Below are positions 45,985 to 55,954 of a stretch of DNA of 64,000 nucleotides, piece by piece (position 1 is the first letter of the stretch; every line of letters starts with the position of its first letter). The notes below the pieces were generated by a model. That model saw only the letters and a list, made by a program, of their open reading frames with translations, did not search any database and was not told the origin of the DNA. Origin of the DNA: an uncultured Flavobacteriaceae bacterium (lineage in GTDB: Bacteria; Bacteroidota; Bacteroidia; Flavobacteriales; Flavobacteriaceae); contig CAVONX010000021.1 in the NCBI GenBank assembly GCA_963697395.1, positions 27,693-91,692 on the forward strand, read 5' to 3'. The position numbers and the translations under genes are program-made.

Positions 45985-47349
45985 TCAGAACAAATGCTTC
46001 ACTTTCTTCATAAACTTTAGAGGTAAAGTGTAAGGTGGATAGCGCACAGATGCCTCGAACCAATTGGCTTTTTTTATGATGCTCTTATGGTGCGTAAATA
46101 GGTCAAATGAGGTTTTGCCATGATAGGCACCAATTCCACTGGCTCCAACCCCTCCAAAAGGTAAATTTTTGTTCGTGATTTGAATAATCGTATCATTGAT
46201 GGCACCTCCTCCAAAACTATAATTTTCTATAATCTTTTTTTGGAACGATTTTTTATTGGAAAACACGTAGGTGGCCAAAGGTTTGCCGTAGTTCATGATA
46301 TGACGGTCTATATCCGTTTCATTTTCATAAGCGATGATGGGAAGAATAGGGCCGAAAATTTCCCCTTCCATTAATTTACTGTCTATTTTAGGTTCGTTGA
46401 CCAAGGTAGGGGAGACGAAGTTGTCCTTATCTGTGGTGTTACCTCCAAACAGTATATCCTGACCTTCCAACATCGACTTTAAGTCGTTATAATGGCCAGA
46501 ACTAACAGTTCTTGCATAATCTGGAGAAGCTTCTGGATTGTCCCCGTAGGAATCTATTATACTCTGTTTAAGGGCCGCTACCAATTTGTCTTTGACCGAA
46601 TGATGTACCAAAATATAATCCGTTGCGATACAGGTCTGTCCTGCATTAAGGAATTTGCCCCACACGATGCGTTTAGCCGCTTTTGAAATAGAGGCGGTTT
46701 CATCAACTATGGTCGGATTTTTCCCCCCCAGTTCCAAGGTAACGGGCGTTAAATGTTTTGCAGCGCTCTCATAAACGATCTTTCCTACCCGTGTACTTCC
46801 CGTAAAGAAGATATAGTCCCATTTCTGTGCCAGTAATTTCTGAGAAGTTTCCACGCCCCCTTCGATTACTGTAACGTGTTCGGGTTCAAAGCTAGCTGCA
46901 ATAATTTCTGAAACGATTTTTGCCGTATGCGGCGTTACTTCAGATGGTTTTATAATTGCGGTATTTCCCGCTGCTACAGCCGCTATCAAGGGCGCAATGG
47001 CCAATTGAAAGGGGTAGTTCCAAGGAGCAATGATCAAGATATTTCCGTAGGGTTCCTTATAGATCCAATCGGAAGAAGGCCAGTTCATTAGACTGCTGGA
47101 AACCCGTTCGGGTGCTGCCCAATAGTCTATCTTTTTCAAGGTATTCCTTATATCCGCTAGAATAAACTGGGTCTCTGCCGCTAGGGTCTCAAATTTCGGT
47201 TTTTTGAAATCGGCATAGACGGCATCGCAAATTGCATCTTCCCGTGCAATGATTTCTTTTTGCAGTCGTTTCAATGCTCTCTTACGAAAGTCGATATCTT
47301 TTGTTTTCTGGGACTTAAAAAAATCGCGTTGTTTTTGTAATTGTTCCAT
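45985..47349 (-). CDS. aldehyde dehydrogenase (class-3-like)
   Basis: 454 aa. ALDH signatures are present: TLELGGKNP (catalytic Glu) and FLNAGQTCIATDY (catalytic Cys). Confidence 0.9.
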   Translation of the reverse strand: MEQLQKQRDFFKSQKTKDIDFRKRALKRLQKEIIAREDAICDAVYADFKKPKFETLAAETQFILADIRNTLKKIDYWAAPERVSSSLMNWPSSDWIYKEPYGNILIIAPWNYPFQLAIAPLIAAVAAGNTAIIKPSEVTPHTAKIVSEIIAASFEPEHVTVIEGGVETSQKLLAQKWDYIFFTGSTRVGKIVYESAAKHLTPVTLELGGKNPTIVDETASISKAAKRIVWGKFLNAGQTCIATDYILVHHSVKDKLVAALKQSIIDSYGDNPEASPDYARTVSSGHYNDLKSMLEGQDILFGGNTTDKDNFVSPTLVNEPKIDSKLMEGEIFGPILPIIAYENETDIDRHIMNYGKPLATYVFSNKKSFQKKIIENYSFGGGAINDTIIQITNKNLPFGGVGASGIGAYHGKTSFDLFTHHKSIIKKANWFEASVRYPPYTLPLKFMKKVKHLF

Positions 47350-47445
47350 CGGGAATAGCTCTTATCAATTAATAATCTATCAAAAATAGGAATACCCAAC
47401 TGCTCCTTTTGACTCGGAACAATGAATTTCCAATCTTTTTACAAG

Positions 47446-48336
47446 TTACAAAGCTTCCAAAGATAAATGGAACAAAAGCGTAGGCTTATCAAATACCGAG
47501 GGTTCTGTATGGATGCCCAAGGCGACGTTCATGGTGGTTTCCATAATTTCCTTTAAAATGACGACGGTACCGGCAACTTTAAACCCTAAGTATTCTCCCA
47601 ATATCAGTTGTCGCTTTCCCATAAATTCTACTGGTCCTGTAGCTGGATCTATGGTGAAATCCCCTTCAAAAAGTTCCCATGTCGCGTCGGTAGCTGGGGT
47701 ATAAAGGACAGTAGCCAAGGTTACATTGTTCACATCTACGGATACGGCGGTAATGTTGGCACCCTCAAAAATACTGGCATAGACCAGTCCCATAAGGCTT
47801 TGCCCATCTTTACTATCCACAATATAGGTACCATCGTACATAAAGGTAAAGGTATCTTCTTAAGATGCTCCCAGACCGACGGCTGCTTACAGGTTGTCAA
47901 AGTAAGGTAATAAGATGCCTAAACCGTTTGCAACAGGACCAGCGCCTTCTTTTCCAAAGGTAAATACAGCTTTTAATCGCCATGATTTTCCTTCTGGTCG
48001 TGCAGGGCCTCCTGTAAGAAGTAGGACAAAAGAAGGTAAAATGGTAACCTCTTTAGACTCGCTAAGACTACCATTGGGGCCGCTAAAGGTCATGGCCACA
48101 TTAAATGTTCCTGCATTTCCATGTATATATGCGGGGTCTTCTTCCGAACTGGTACCACCATCACCAAAATCCCATAAAATGCTAGTTGCATTGGCAAGCG
48201 TTCCGTTAAAGGTTACTTGGGTATCCTCTGCCAAGAATTGAAAATCTGCCAGTGTCGCAGGTGCTTCTTGGTCATCACTACATCCGGCTAAAAACAGACC
48301 TAACAGGAACAGTAGTCGTATTTTTTGATTTTTCAT
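47446..48336 (-). pseudogene. PKD-domain lipoprotein gene interrupted by two in-frame TAA codons
   Basis: The track ORFs 47887..48336 and 47446..47841 are in the same frame. The first has lipobox GLFLAGC|SDD and a PKD segment (WDFGDGGTSSEEDP). The 45 nt between the two ORFs read AAVGLGAS*EDTFTF, with stops at 47887-47889 and 47860-47862. The +2 frame is open across exactly this interval (TCKQPSVWEHLKK). Confidence 0.6.
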
Positions 48337-49154
48337 TTTGTATATTTTTGTTTCGTTATTTCAGTAACATCTCAATTCTTATTCCATCAAACTGGCGTAT
48401 CAATGTTATTTGGACCTTGATTTACAATGACGGCCTAAGCGTTGGTCTTATTGGAAACCACTATCCCTTGAATTTGGTCTATGACGCTTACCGACATTTT
48501 TACGGATGGAAATCCGATTCTGGCTAAAAACCAGTTATTACCAGTCGCCTCGGTCTGAACGAGATAGGAATCGTTAGCGATGGTTTCCATTAACGGAACG
48601 GATAGGCATTGTGCGACCGTGGCCCAAGAGAGGTTTTTGTCGGCAAAACGGATGCGCTTGGTCAAACGAAGCCTTACGCTGTTCACAAAACGTACCTATT
48701 TGTTGAGTTCATTCTTAAAAATAAGATCGGCATTTGGGTAGCCCTACAGAAGCAGGTGAAATAGAGTGTACCAAGGATATAAAACTGACCAACACACCCC
48801 TTATCTATTTATCTATAGCGAATATTTTAAAGCAAATATTCCATGGTAACGCAGCGAGTTTTATTGAAATACTGCACATATATATTTTTATCTCTCCTTT
48901 TTTAAGGTTTCCCCGTATTCCGCTATAACCTAAACTAGAACTTTCCCTTGATGTCTATCTTTTCGAATTCGTTTATATCTACTGAAAATTGACTAGAAAA
49001 TAAGCTGGATTTTTAGCTTGCCTTTACGGCTTAACCCCAGACCAACCTTTTTTTAAGAAAAATTAGTATCGGCCGTCGGACTGATAAATATCATATCCGT
49101 TCTTGTAAAATAGAATTAATTTTAAAGGAGTAACCCACTTAAAATCATACTATT

Positions 49155-49877
49155 ATGCAAGTTAAAAAAAATCCTAAAGTGGACTTGAATCTAAATAGTG
49201 GTCTATATTTTGTTATGGGTCTAACCCTTGTCCTTTTTCTTACATGGCGAGCATTGGAATACAAAACCTATGATGGGGAAGATTTAGTTGTAGAGTCGAT
49301 GGACCTTATAGATGAAATTAAGGAAGACGTTCCTATGACGGAACAATTGAACACATTGCCTCCTCCTCCCCCCCCAGCAGCGCCGGAAATTATTCAAATT
49401 GTGGAGGACAATGATGATATAGAGGAGACAATTATTGAAAGCACCGAAACAGACCAAGAATCTGTCATTGATGCTCCTATTGAGGTAGATGATATCGTAG
49501 TTGATGAATTAGAAGAGGAAATATCCGTGCCTTTTGCTGTTATCGAGAACATTCCTATTTTTCCGGGTTGCGAGGATATTAAAATAAAGGCAGAGCAAAT
49601 AGCCTGTTTTCAAAAAAAGATTCAAGAGCATGTTGCTAAAGAATTTAAATATCCTGAGGTTGCTGTAGAAATGGGTATACAAGGAAAGGTACATGTACAA
49701 TTTGCCATAAATAATATGGGATACATTTCTGATATTCGAGTTCGAGGACCCGATAAAATTTTAGAAAACGAGGCTTCGCGTATCGTGGCAACAATACCAA
49801 AAATGACCCCAGGAATGCAGCGAGGTAGAGCAGTAAGGGTTCCGTATAGTATTCCTATTAATTTTGTATTAGAATAA
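49155..49877 (+). CDS. tonB: TonB-family energy transducer
   Basis: 240 aa. It has an N-terminal TM anchor (LYFVMGLTLVLFLTW), an acidic/Pro-rich spacer (PPPPPPAAPE) and a C-terminal TonB_C-like domain (PIFPGC...YPEVAVEMGIQGKVHVQFAI). Confidence 0.8.
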   Translation: MQVKKNPKVDLNLNSGLYFVMGLTLVLFLTWRALEYKTYDGEDLVVESMDLIDEIKEDVPMTEQLNTLPPPPPPAAPEIIQIVEDNDDIEETIIESTETDQESVIDAPIEVDDIVVDELEEEISVPFAVIENIPIFPGCEDIKIKAEQIACFQKKIQEHVAKEFKYPEVAVEMGIQGKVHVQFAINNMGYISDIRVRGPDKILENEASRIVATIPKMTPGMQRGRAVRVPYSIPINFVLE

Positions 49878-50292
49878 GTTAAAACAGGATTTAATAGTGA
49901 ATTATTAAGTGAGAGCTTACTTTTCGAGTAATCATGTAAAAAGCCTTTTATTAATTTCTGATCTAACGAATATTTGTTACAAGTGCCGTAAGAAAAGGCA
50001 AGCAGAAGAGCTGTTGACTAACAATTAAAAGCGAAAACACCTTTTTGATAAAATGATAACAGGGTTCGCTACAAGAAAACCCTTAAAAAAAAATACCTTG
50101 TTCAAATACATAAAAGGTAAGGTTTTCTGCATTCTGTTATAGTAACGTTTCAAAATTTAAGCCTGCGGTCTGAAACAGAGGGGCCACATACTAAAAAAAT
50201 AACTTATTATATTGATAATCAGTAAGCCATAAAAAATATAAATATTTTGAGTTTTTGCTTCCAGGAACCTAATTGAAAATATACAGTAAAGA

Positions 50293-52074
50293 TTACACAA
50301 GCTCTTTTTCTATTCTTTTTTCATTTTCTAATAAAGAATCTTTTTCTCCATAAAGGAGTTCTGCTACCGAAATTAAGTTTTTAATAATATCGTTCAAGTT
50401 ATCCTTATCGTTCACCAAAGAAGAAGCCATTTCAGCATTAATGAGGTCATTTCTTATTAAGGCATTAATAGATTTGGTGGTTTGATACTTTCCCTCTTTT
50501 GCTTCGTTTCTAAGTTTTACTAATTTTGAGAAATATAATTCTTTATCCTCCTGTGTTCTAAACAAATAAATGACCCTTAAGACCATAATTATTTTTTTTC
50601 GAAACTTGTCATATTCCCTTACCATATGGGTATTGTCCGAGTCCAAATAACGAGAAACGTTCCTACCCAATTCCCTAACCGATTTTATAATTTCCACCAT
50701 TTTACGGTTAGCGATTACAAGCTCTGAAATCCGGTTATTTAAACCTTCACCCATCTTTAATTTACTTTGGGCCGTAGTTGCATACCTTAAAATTTCTCCA
50801 TAAATCGTTTTTACCTTATTGTAGTACAGATCCCTAACATCAGTTTTAAAATTATTTTTTGATTTTTGGATAATATCCTTTGCTTTTAAATCTGATCTAA
50901 TGTCCTCTCTATGAATATTTAATGCATGTGTAACTATTTCAAAGACTGCATTTTCGTACAAATACTTTGATTCATTGGTTAATGCTAAAACAACCGTACT
51001 CGGAAATTTTAAAACACTTTCATTTAAAAATTTGGGAACCTCTATGCCCTTATCTTCTTTCTCCCTAAAAAATCGAATCAAGAATTTTTCGGTAATCTTT
51101 GTTAGCGGAAGCATTATAATCACACCCAAGGCATTAAAGATGGTATGAAACATTGCTAATTTTAAGATAAAATCATCACTCGAAATACCAACTAAACCAG
51201 AAAAGTAATTGACTAAGTCCGCTAGAGGATATATAATGGCCAAGGCGACCACTCCTGTAATCAAATTGAATATTAAATGGGCTCCTGCCAGCCGTTTTCC
51301 GGCAATATTAGAACCTATAGAGCCAAGTACTGCCGTAATTGTTGTGCCAATATTTGCCCCGATAGCAAGTGCTAAAGCGTTCTCATATTCAATTTGTCCG
51401 GCAGCCAAAGCAGTCAAGATTAGCGCCACCGTAGCACTACTAGATTGCAGAATCGTAGTGATAAGAATACCAATACCAGTATAAACGATTATGCCAAAAA
51501 ATCCGGGAATGGCATATTGGGTTAGGTCAATGTATTCCTTGAATACATCAAAACCTTCTTTCATATAATGAATTCCCAAGAAGAAAAATCCTAATCCGGC
51601 TAGGATATTGCCAATTCCTTTTAACGAAACTTTTTTTTGCAAGGAAAAAATGATACCAAATACAAGCATGGGCATAGCCAATGCCGAAATTTTTATTTTT
51701 AAACCAAAAGCAGCAACAAGCCAAGCGGTCGCAGTAGTTCCAATATTCGCCCCGTAAATTAACCCCATTCCGCCGCTCAGACTTATTAACCCAGCACTCA
51801 TAAAGGAAATAGTGATGACCGATACTAAAGAACTGGATTGGATAAAGGCGGTGACCACGGCACCGACGGCAATACTTTTATATAGTTTGTCGGTCGCTTT
51901 TTTTAGAATATTTTGGAGGGGTCCTTTCGTGAATACCTTAAACCCTTCCTCCAACATAATCATGCCAAAAAGTAAGATGGCAACACCTGCTGTGATTGTT
52001 TTAAAGTTTGGGTTGGAAAATAAAGTAATCCCTAGTGCAATCAGACAGGCATAAAAAAATATTCTTTTTATCAT
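50293..52074 (-). CDS. Na/Pi cotransporter family protein with a PhoU-like C-terminal domain
   Basis: 593 aa. It has a polytopic N-terminal half with the duplicated GANIGTT motif of NptA-type transporters, and a helical C-terminal half. Confidence 0.85.
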   Translation of the reverse strand: MIKRIFFYACLIALGITLFSNPNFKTITAGVAILLFGMIMLEEGFKVFTKGPLQNILKKATDKLYKSIAVGAVVTAFIQSSSLVSVITISFMSAGLISLSGGMGLIYGANIGTTATAWLVAAFGLKIKISALAMPMLVFGIIFSLQKKVSLKGIGNILAGLGFFFLGIHYMKEGFDVFKEYIDLTQYAIPGFFGIIVYTGIGILITTILQSSSATVALILTALAAGQIEYENALALAIGANIGTTITAVLGSIGSNIAGKRLAGAHLIFNLITGVVALAIIYPLADLVNYFSGLVGISSDDFILKLAMFHTIFNALGVIIMLPLTKITEKFLIRFFREKEDKGIEVPKFLNESVLKFPSTVVLALTNESKYLYENAVFEIVTHALNIHREDIRSDLKAKDIIQKSKNNFKTDVRDLYYNKVKTIYGEILRYATTAQSKLKMGEGLNNRISELVIANRKMVEIIKSVRELGRNVSRYLDSDNTHMVREYDKFRKKIIMVLRVIYLFRTQEDKELYFSKLVKLRNEAKEGKYQTTKSINALIRNDLINAEMASSLVNDKDNLNDIIKNLISVAELLYGEKDSLLENEKRIEKELV

Positions 52075-52611
52075 AAACTTACTAAGTTGAATGATTGTAC
52101 TAGTTTAAATATTTAAAATGATTTTCTGTAAATTTAAAGTAAGTATAATGTAAATTAATTGCAAATTCCCTCGACGGTTTCTATTTAAAAGGAAAAAAAG
52201 ATATGTTTACCACTCTTAGCTTAACGATTCTTAAGATCTAAGCTTGGTTTTCGGATTCTTTGTTAGAAAGTGAAGCACCTTAATGACTAGAAGTATTAAT
52301 TGAGTTGGGGGTTACCAATTAGTTGATAAGACCAACTGTAAGATTATCTTTTGATTGTTCCTATTGGTGTTGCAGAAGGTGTTCTAATTGGAATAGTTGA
52401 GCGACTTAAATCCTTATTTATGAGCTTAACCAATGAAAATTAAGGGTTTAGGTTCTGTCTCCATAGGAAAGTGATCAATTTAGGCATAGCTGTACAATCT
52501 GTCTCCATCAAATAGGAGGTTCTCCTGGCATTATAATAGGGCAAGGAATGAATGATTTTTCCTAAAAGTTGATTAGATATAAAACGTAAAATGTGCAAAG
52601 ATGAATACATT

Positions 52612-52653
52612 AAATAAGCTTATCATAACTCTAAATAAGCTTATCATAACTCT
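52612..52653 (+). repeat. perfect tandem duplication of a 21-bp unit
   Basis: AAATAAGCTTATCATAACTCT occurs at 52612-52632 and again at 52633-52653. It lies inside an 840-bp ORF-free gap. Confidence 0.9.
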
Positions 52654-52705
52654 GCTGTTAAGTGTAATACGCCTAAAAAAATCCAATTGTTTTCATGATT
52701 GGATT

Positions 52706-52753
52706 TTGACCTTCTCCCATATTTAGGTACCGGTCAGAACTAGAGAATACGGG
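52706..52753 (+). repeat. copy 2 of the 48-nt dispersed intergenic element
   Basis: TTGACCTTCTCCCATATTTAGGTACCGGTCAGAACTAGAGAATACGGG. It differs from 20412..20459 at 4 positions. An AT-rich hairpin precedes it, with stem AAAATCCAAT pairing with ATTGGATTTT at about 52677-52708. Confidence 0.7.
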
Positions 52754-52914
52754 CTGTTTTAGCTTTTATGTCTGGTTAACTGATTTTCTATGTTATTAAG
52801 TTGTAAATAATTGCTTTTCAATAATTAAAGCTTCCTGTTGATTACCTATTAACCGAGTAACTTTTAGCGCTTTGATTGATTAAGGAAAATTTTGGATTTC
52901 CAATCCATTAGTAT

Positions 52915-53889
52915 TTATTGTGCCTGCGTCTGGGTCTGAGTTTTATTTTGAGTAGCGAAAAAGGAATCGTAAAGACCAATGGAGACCTCGTTCAATTGTT
53001 TTTGAAACTCGTCTAGGTATTCATGAAGTCCCTTGACGTAAATATCTTCAATGGTTACAAATTCGAGCGTAGCTTTTAATTTTCCTAGTTGCTTTTCGGC
53101 ATCACAAGTAAAGCCTCCGTTACTTCCCGTAATTTCTTGTAGTGATTTTTCTGCCTGTATCAAACAACATAAAATCGATCGTGGGAACCGTTGGTCTAAA
53201 ATTAGAAATTCCGTGATATTAAAAGCTGTCAACTTCCCGTATTTTTTTCGGTACATATCATAGGCACTTACCGATTTTAGTAAGGCTGCCCATTGCATAA
53301 GATCTCTTGAACTACCTACGTCTTTGGGTGTTGCCAACAAAATATGATACTTCACATCTATGACGCGTGAGGTTTTGTCCGCTCGCTCAATGAGCTGACC
53401 GATTTTTCCAAAATGCCAGCCATCGTTTCTAGAAATTGTGGCGTCAAAAATACCGTAAAGGAGTTGGCAATCTTCCCTTATTTTTTTGAAGAATGCCCTG
53501 GGATCGCTGCTTTTCCATAGTTTTTGTTCCAATCCGTCCTTTACGAAAAAATGAATCGCGTTTATTTGTTCCCAAACTTCCTTAGTAATTTCTGGTCGTA
53601 TGGCCCTAGCATTCTCCCTTGCATTTAGGATACAATTGTATATGGAGTTCGGGTTTTCCGGGTCAAAGCCTAAGAAGTAGATAACTTTGTTCTTACTAAC
53701 CTTTTCATATAAAGACTCGTACATGGGCCAATCCCCGGTTATTGCCACTAGTGGTTTCCATTGCTCCTCTGCATCTGGTGGCGATTCTAAAGAGAGATTA
53801 AAATTCACATCCATAAACCGGGCGTAATTTTCCGCCCGCTCTATGTACCTGTTCATCCAATACATGGTATTCGCAACTCTACTCAGCAT
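52915..53889 (-). CDS. alpha-E domain protein (DUF403-type)
   Basis: 324 aa. MLSRVANTMYWMNRYIERAENYARF is the canonical alpha-E N-terminus. The protein is all-helical and lies downstream of a circularly permuted ATP-grasp gene. Confidence 0.8.
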   Translation of the reverse strand: MLSRVANTMYWMNRYIERAENYARFMDVNFNLSLESPPDAEEQWKPLVAITGDWPMYESLYEKVSKNKVIYFLGFDPENPNSIYNCILNARENARAIRPEITKEVWEQINAIHFFVKDGLEQKLWKSSDPRAFFKKIREDCQLLYGIFDATISRNDGWHFGKIGQLIERADKTSRVIDVKYHILLATPKDVGSSRDLMQWAALLKSVSAYDMYRKKYGKLTAFNITEFLILDQRFPRSILCCLIQAEKSLQEITGSNGGFTCDAEKQLGKLKATLEFVTIEDIYVKGLHEYLDEFQKQLNEVSIGLYDSFFATQNKTQTQTQAQ

Positions 53890-54046
53890 ATTTTGTCTTC
53901 TGGTTAATGGTTAAAATCCTGCTCCCGACCTTTCCGGATAGTGCAGTTATTTAAGTTTCTGTATACGTATCATTTTCAAGAGATATTCGTTTGTTCGGAT
54001 TTGTTTCTCGCTAAAATCAGCAAATCAATAACAGCATAATTTATTT

Positions 54047-55480
54047 TTAATCAAGTACCCAAGTATCCTTGCTGCCGCCACCTTGTGAAGAATTGACGAC
54101 CAACGAACCTTTGGTCAATGCAACCCTCGTCAAAGCGCCTGGTACTATTCTAATATCCTTTCCGTATAGGCAATAGGGTCTGAGGTCTACATGCCTTCCT
54201 TCGATCGTATCCTCTGTCAATGTTGGCACCCGTGAAAGATTTATCATGGGTTGTGCGATGTAGTTTCTAGGATTCTTTTTTATTTTTGCAACAAATTCTT
54301 CACACTCTTTTTTGGTGGCTTTTGGGCCTATTAGCATACCATAGCCACCGGAACCATCGGTTTGTTTGATAACCAGATTGTGAACATTTTCCAATACATA
54401 AGCACAATCTTCTTTCTCTCCGCAGATGTAGGTTTTAATATTGGGCAAGAGGACTTCCTCCCCTAAATAGTATTTTATCAATCGGGGTATGTAGGCATAA
54501 ACGGCTTTGTCATCCGCAACACCGGCCCCGGGAGCGTTTACCAAAACAACGTTTCCTCTTTTATATGCTTCAAAAAGGCCCTCCGTACCCAACATGGATT
54601 CTTTGTTGAATACCAAGGGGTCTATATAATCATCATCTACCCTGCGATAAATGACATCTACCTTTTGAGGGCCTCTTGTGGTGTTCATATACACAAAATG
54701 GTTTTTCACGACCAAATCCCTGCCTTCTACTAATTCAGCACCCATTTGTTGTGCCAAATAGGCGTGCTCAAAATAGGCCGAATTGTAGGTTCCTGGTGTC
54801 AATACGGCAATGGAAGCCGGCGACTTCGAAGTAAGCGACTCCAACATATCCCGCAAATGATGTGTGTAATTGTGCACCGGCCGCACTTTCAATTTTTCGA
54901 ACACCTCGGGGAAGGTTCGTTTTAAAATCTCTCTATTCTCCAACATATAGGAGACGCCAGAAGGACATCTAAGATTATCTTCCAGGACATAAAAATCGCC
55001 ATCATCGCCGCGTATGAGGTCGGTGCCAGAAATATGGCTCCAAACATTTTCTGGAGGGCGTAGGCCTAAACATTCCTTTAAATAACCTGCGCTGGACTCT
55101 ACCAATCCCCTGGGTATAATCTTATCTTTTAAGACGTTTTGTTCGTTATAAATATCACTTATGAACATATTTAAGGCAATGATGCGCTGTTCCAGCCCTC
55201 TGGACAGCCTGTCCCAATCGGTACCGCTAATAATCCGTGGGATGATATCTAAATGAAGAATTCTTTCTACTCCTTGATTATCGCTGTATACATTAAAGGT
55301 CATACCAAGTGATAACTGGGCTCGATCGGTGGCATGTTGCAGGAATTTTAGCTTGTCCTTACTTAATTTTTCCAAACGTTGTTTGAATAAATCGTACGTT
55401 GGCCTAACTACATTGGTTTCTTGGAACATTTCATCATAAAATCCTGTGGTCTCATATTTGTTGAAATCTACGTTGGCCAT
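54047..55480 (-). CDS. circularly permuted ATP-grasp (type 2) protein
   Basis: 477 aa. It has family blocks DVIYRRVDDDYIDPL, VNAPGAGVADDKAVY and KQTDGSGGYGMLIGP. It is collinear with the N-terminal half of 57985..60547. Confidence 0.85.
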   Translation of the reverse strand: MANVDFNKYETTGFYDEMFQETNVVRPTYDLFKQRLEKLSKDKLKFLQHATDRAQLSLGMTFNVYSDNQGVERILHLDIIPRIISGTDWDRLSRGLEQRIIALNMFISDIYNEQNVLKDKIIPRGLVESSAGYLKECLGLRPPENVWSHISGTDLIRGDDGDFYVLEDNLRCPSGVSYMLENREILKRTFPEVFEKLKVRPVHNYTHHLRDMLESLTSKSPASIAVLTPGTYNSAYFEHAYLAQQMGAELVEGRDLVVKNHFVYMNTTRGPQKVDVIYRRVDDDYIDPLVFNKESMLGTEGLFEAYKRGNVVLVNAPGAGVADDKAVYAYIPRLIKYYLGEEVLLPNIKTYICGEKEDCAYVLENVHNLVIKQTDGSGGYGMLIGPKATKKECEEFVAKIKKNPRNYIAQPMINLSRVPTLTEDTIEGRHVDLRPYCLYGKDIRIVPGALTRVALTKGSLVVNSSQGGGSKDTWVLD

Positions 55481-55954
55481 ATATGTTCTTAGTTTTTTAG
55501 GATAAAGGATTGAAATAAAGTAAAACGTACTAGTTGTTTAAGATACTATATTTTTTTCATCCAAAATAGTGGCAGGAAGATGAATTAGATAAAATTAGCA
55601 GATCGTAATTTTTTGGCACCAACTTTTGTTTAAGTTCATAAATTCGGTTTCATTTTCAATAAAATCTGTTATTGGAATAATTGGTTTTGTAGTGATCTTT
55701 TGGTAGTATTAATTTCTTTAGTTGGGATTTTCTAGCCGTTTCAAATGTCAGACAGTCTTAGATATTACAAGATACGGGGCACTATAAAAACGCTTCTAAC
55801 GCCAAAGGATGGAGTGCTAAACGCCCACGAATTTTTGTGCAATATGCCCGAATACTTTGGCAGTTTATACTCCACTTTTTAGGGTACAAAAGAAGACTTT
55901 ACTTCGCAGTCCCACGTTATTATTTTTTTGGGTAGCCCGCACTGTTTTCCCCAA

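Noticed and set aside
48435-48686. 83-aa minus-strand ORF between the broken PKD gene and tonB
   Set aside because: It has no recognisable motif, signal peptide or RBS context, and it overlaps an equally unconvincing plus-strand ORF (48252..48527). It could be a relic of a larger gene, but I cannot support a call.
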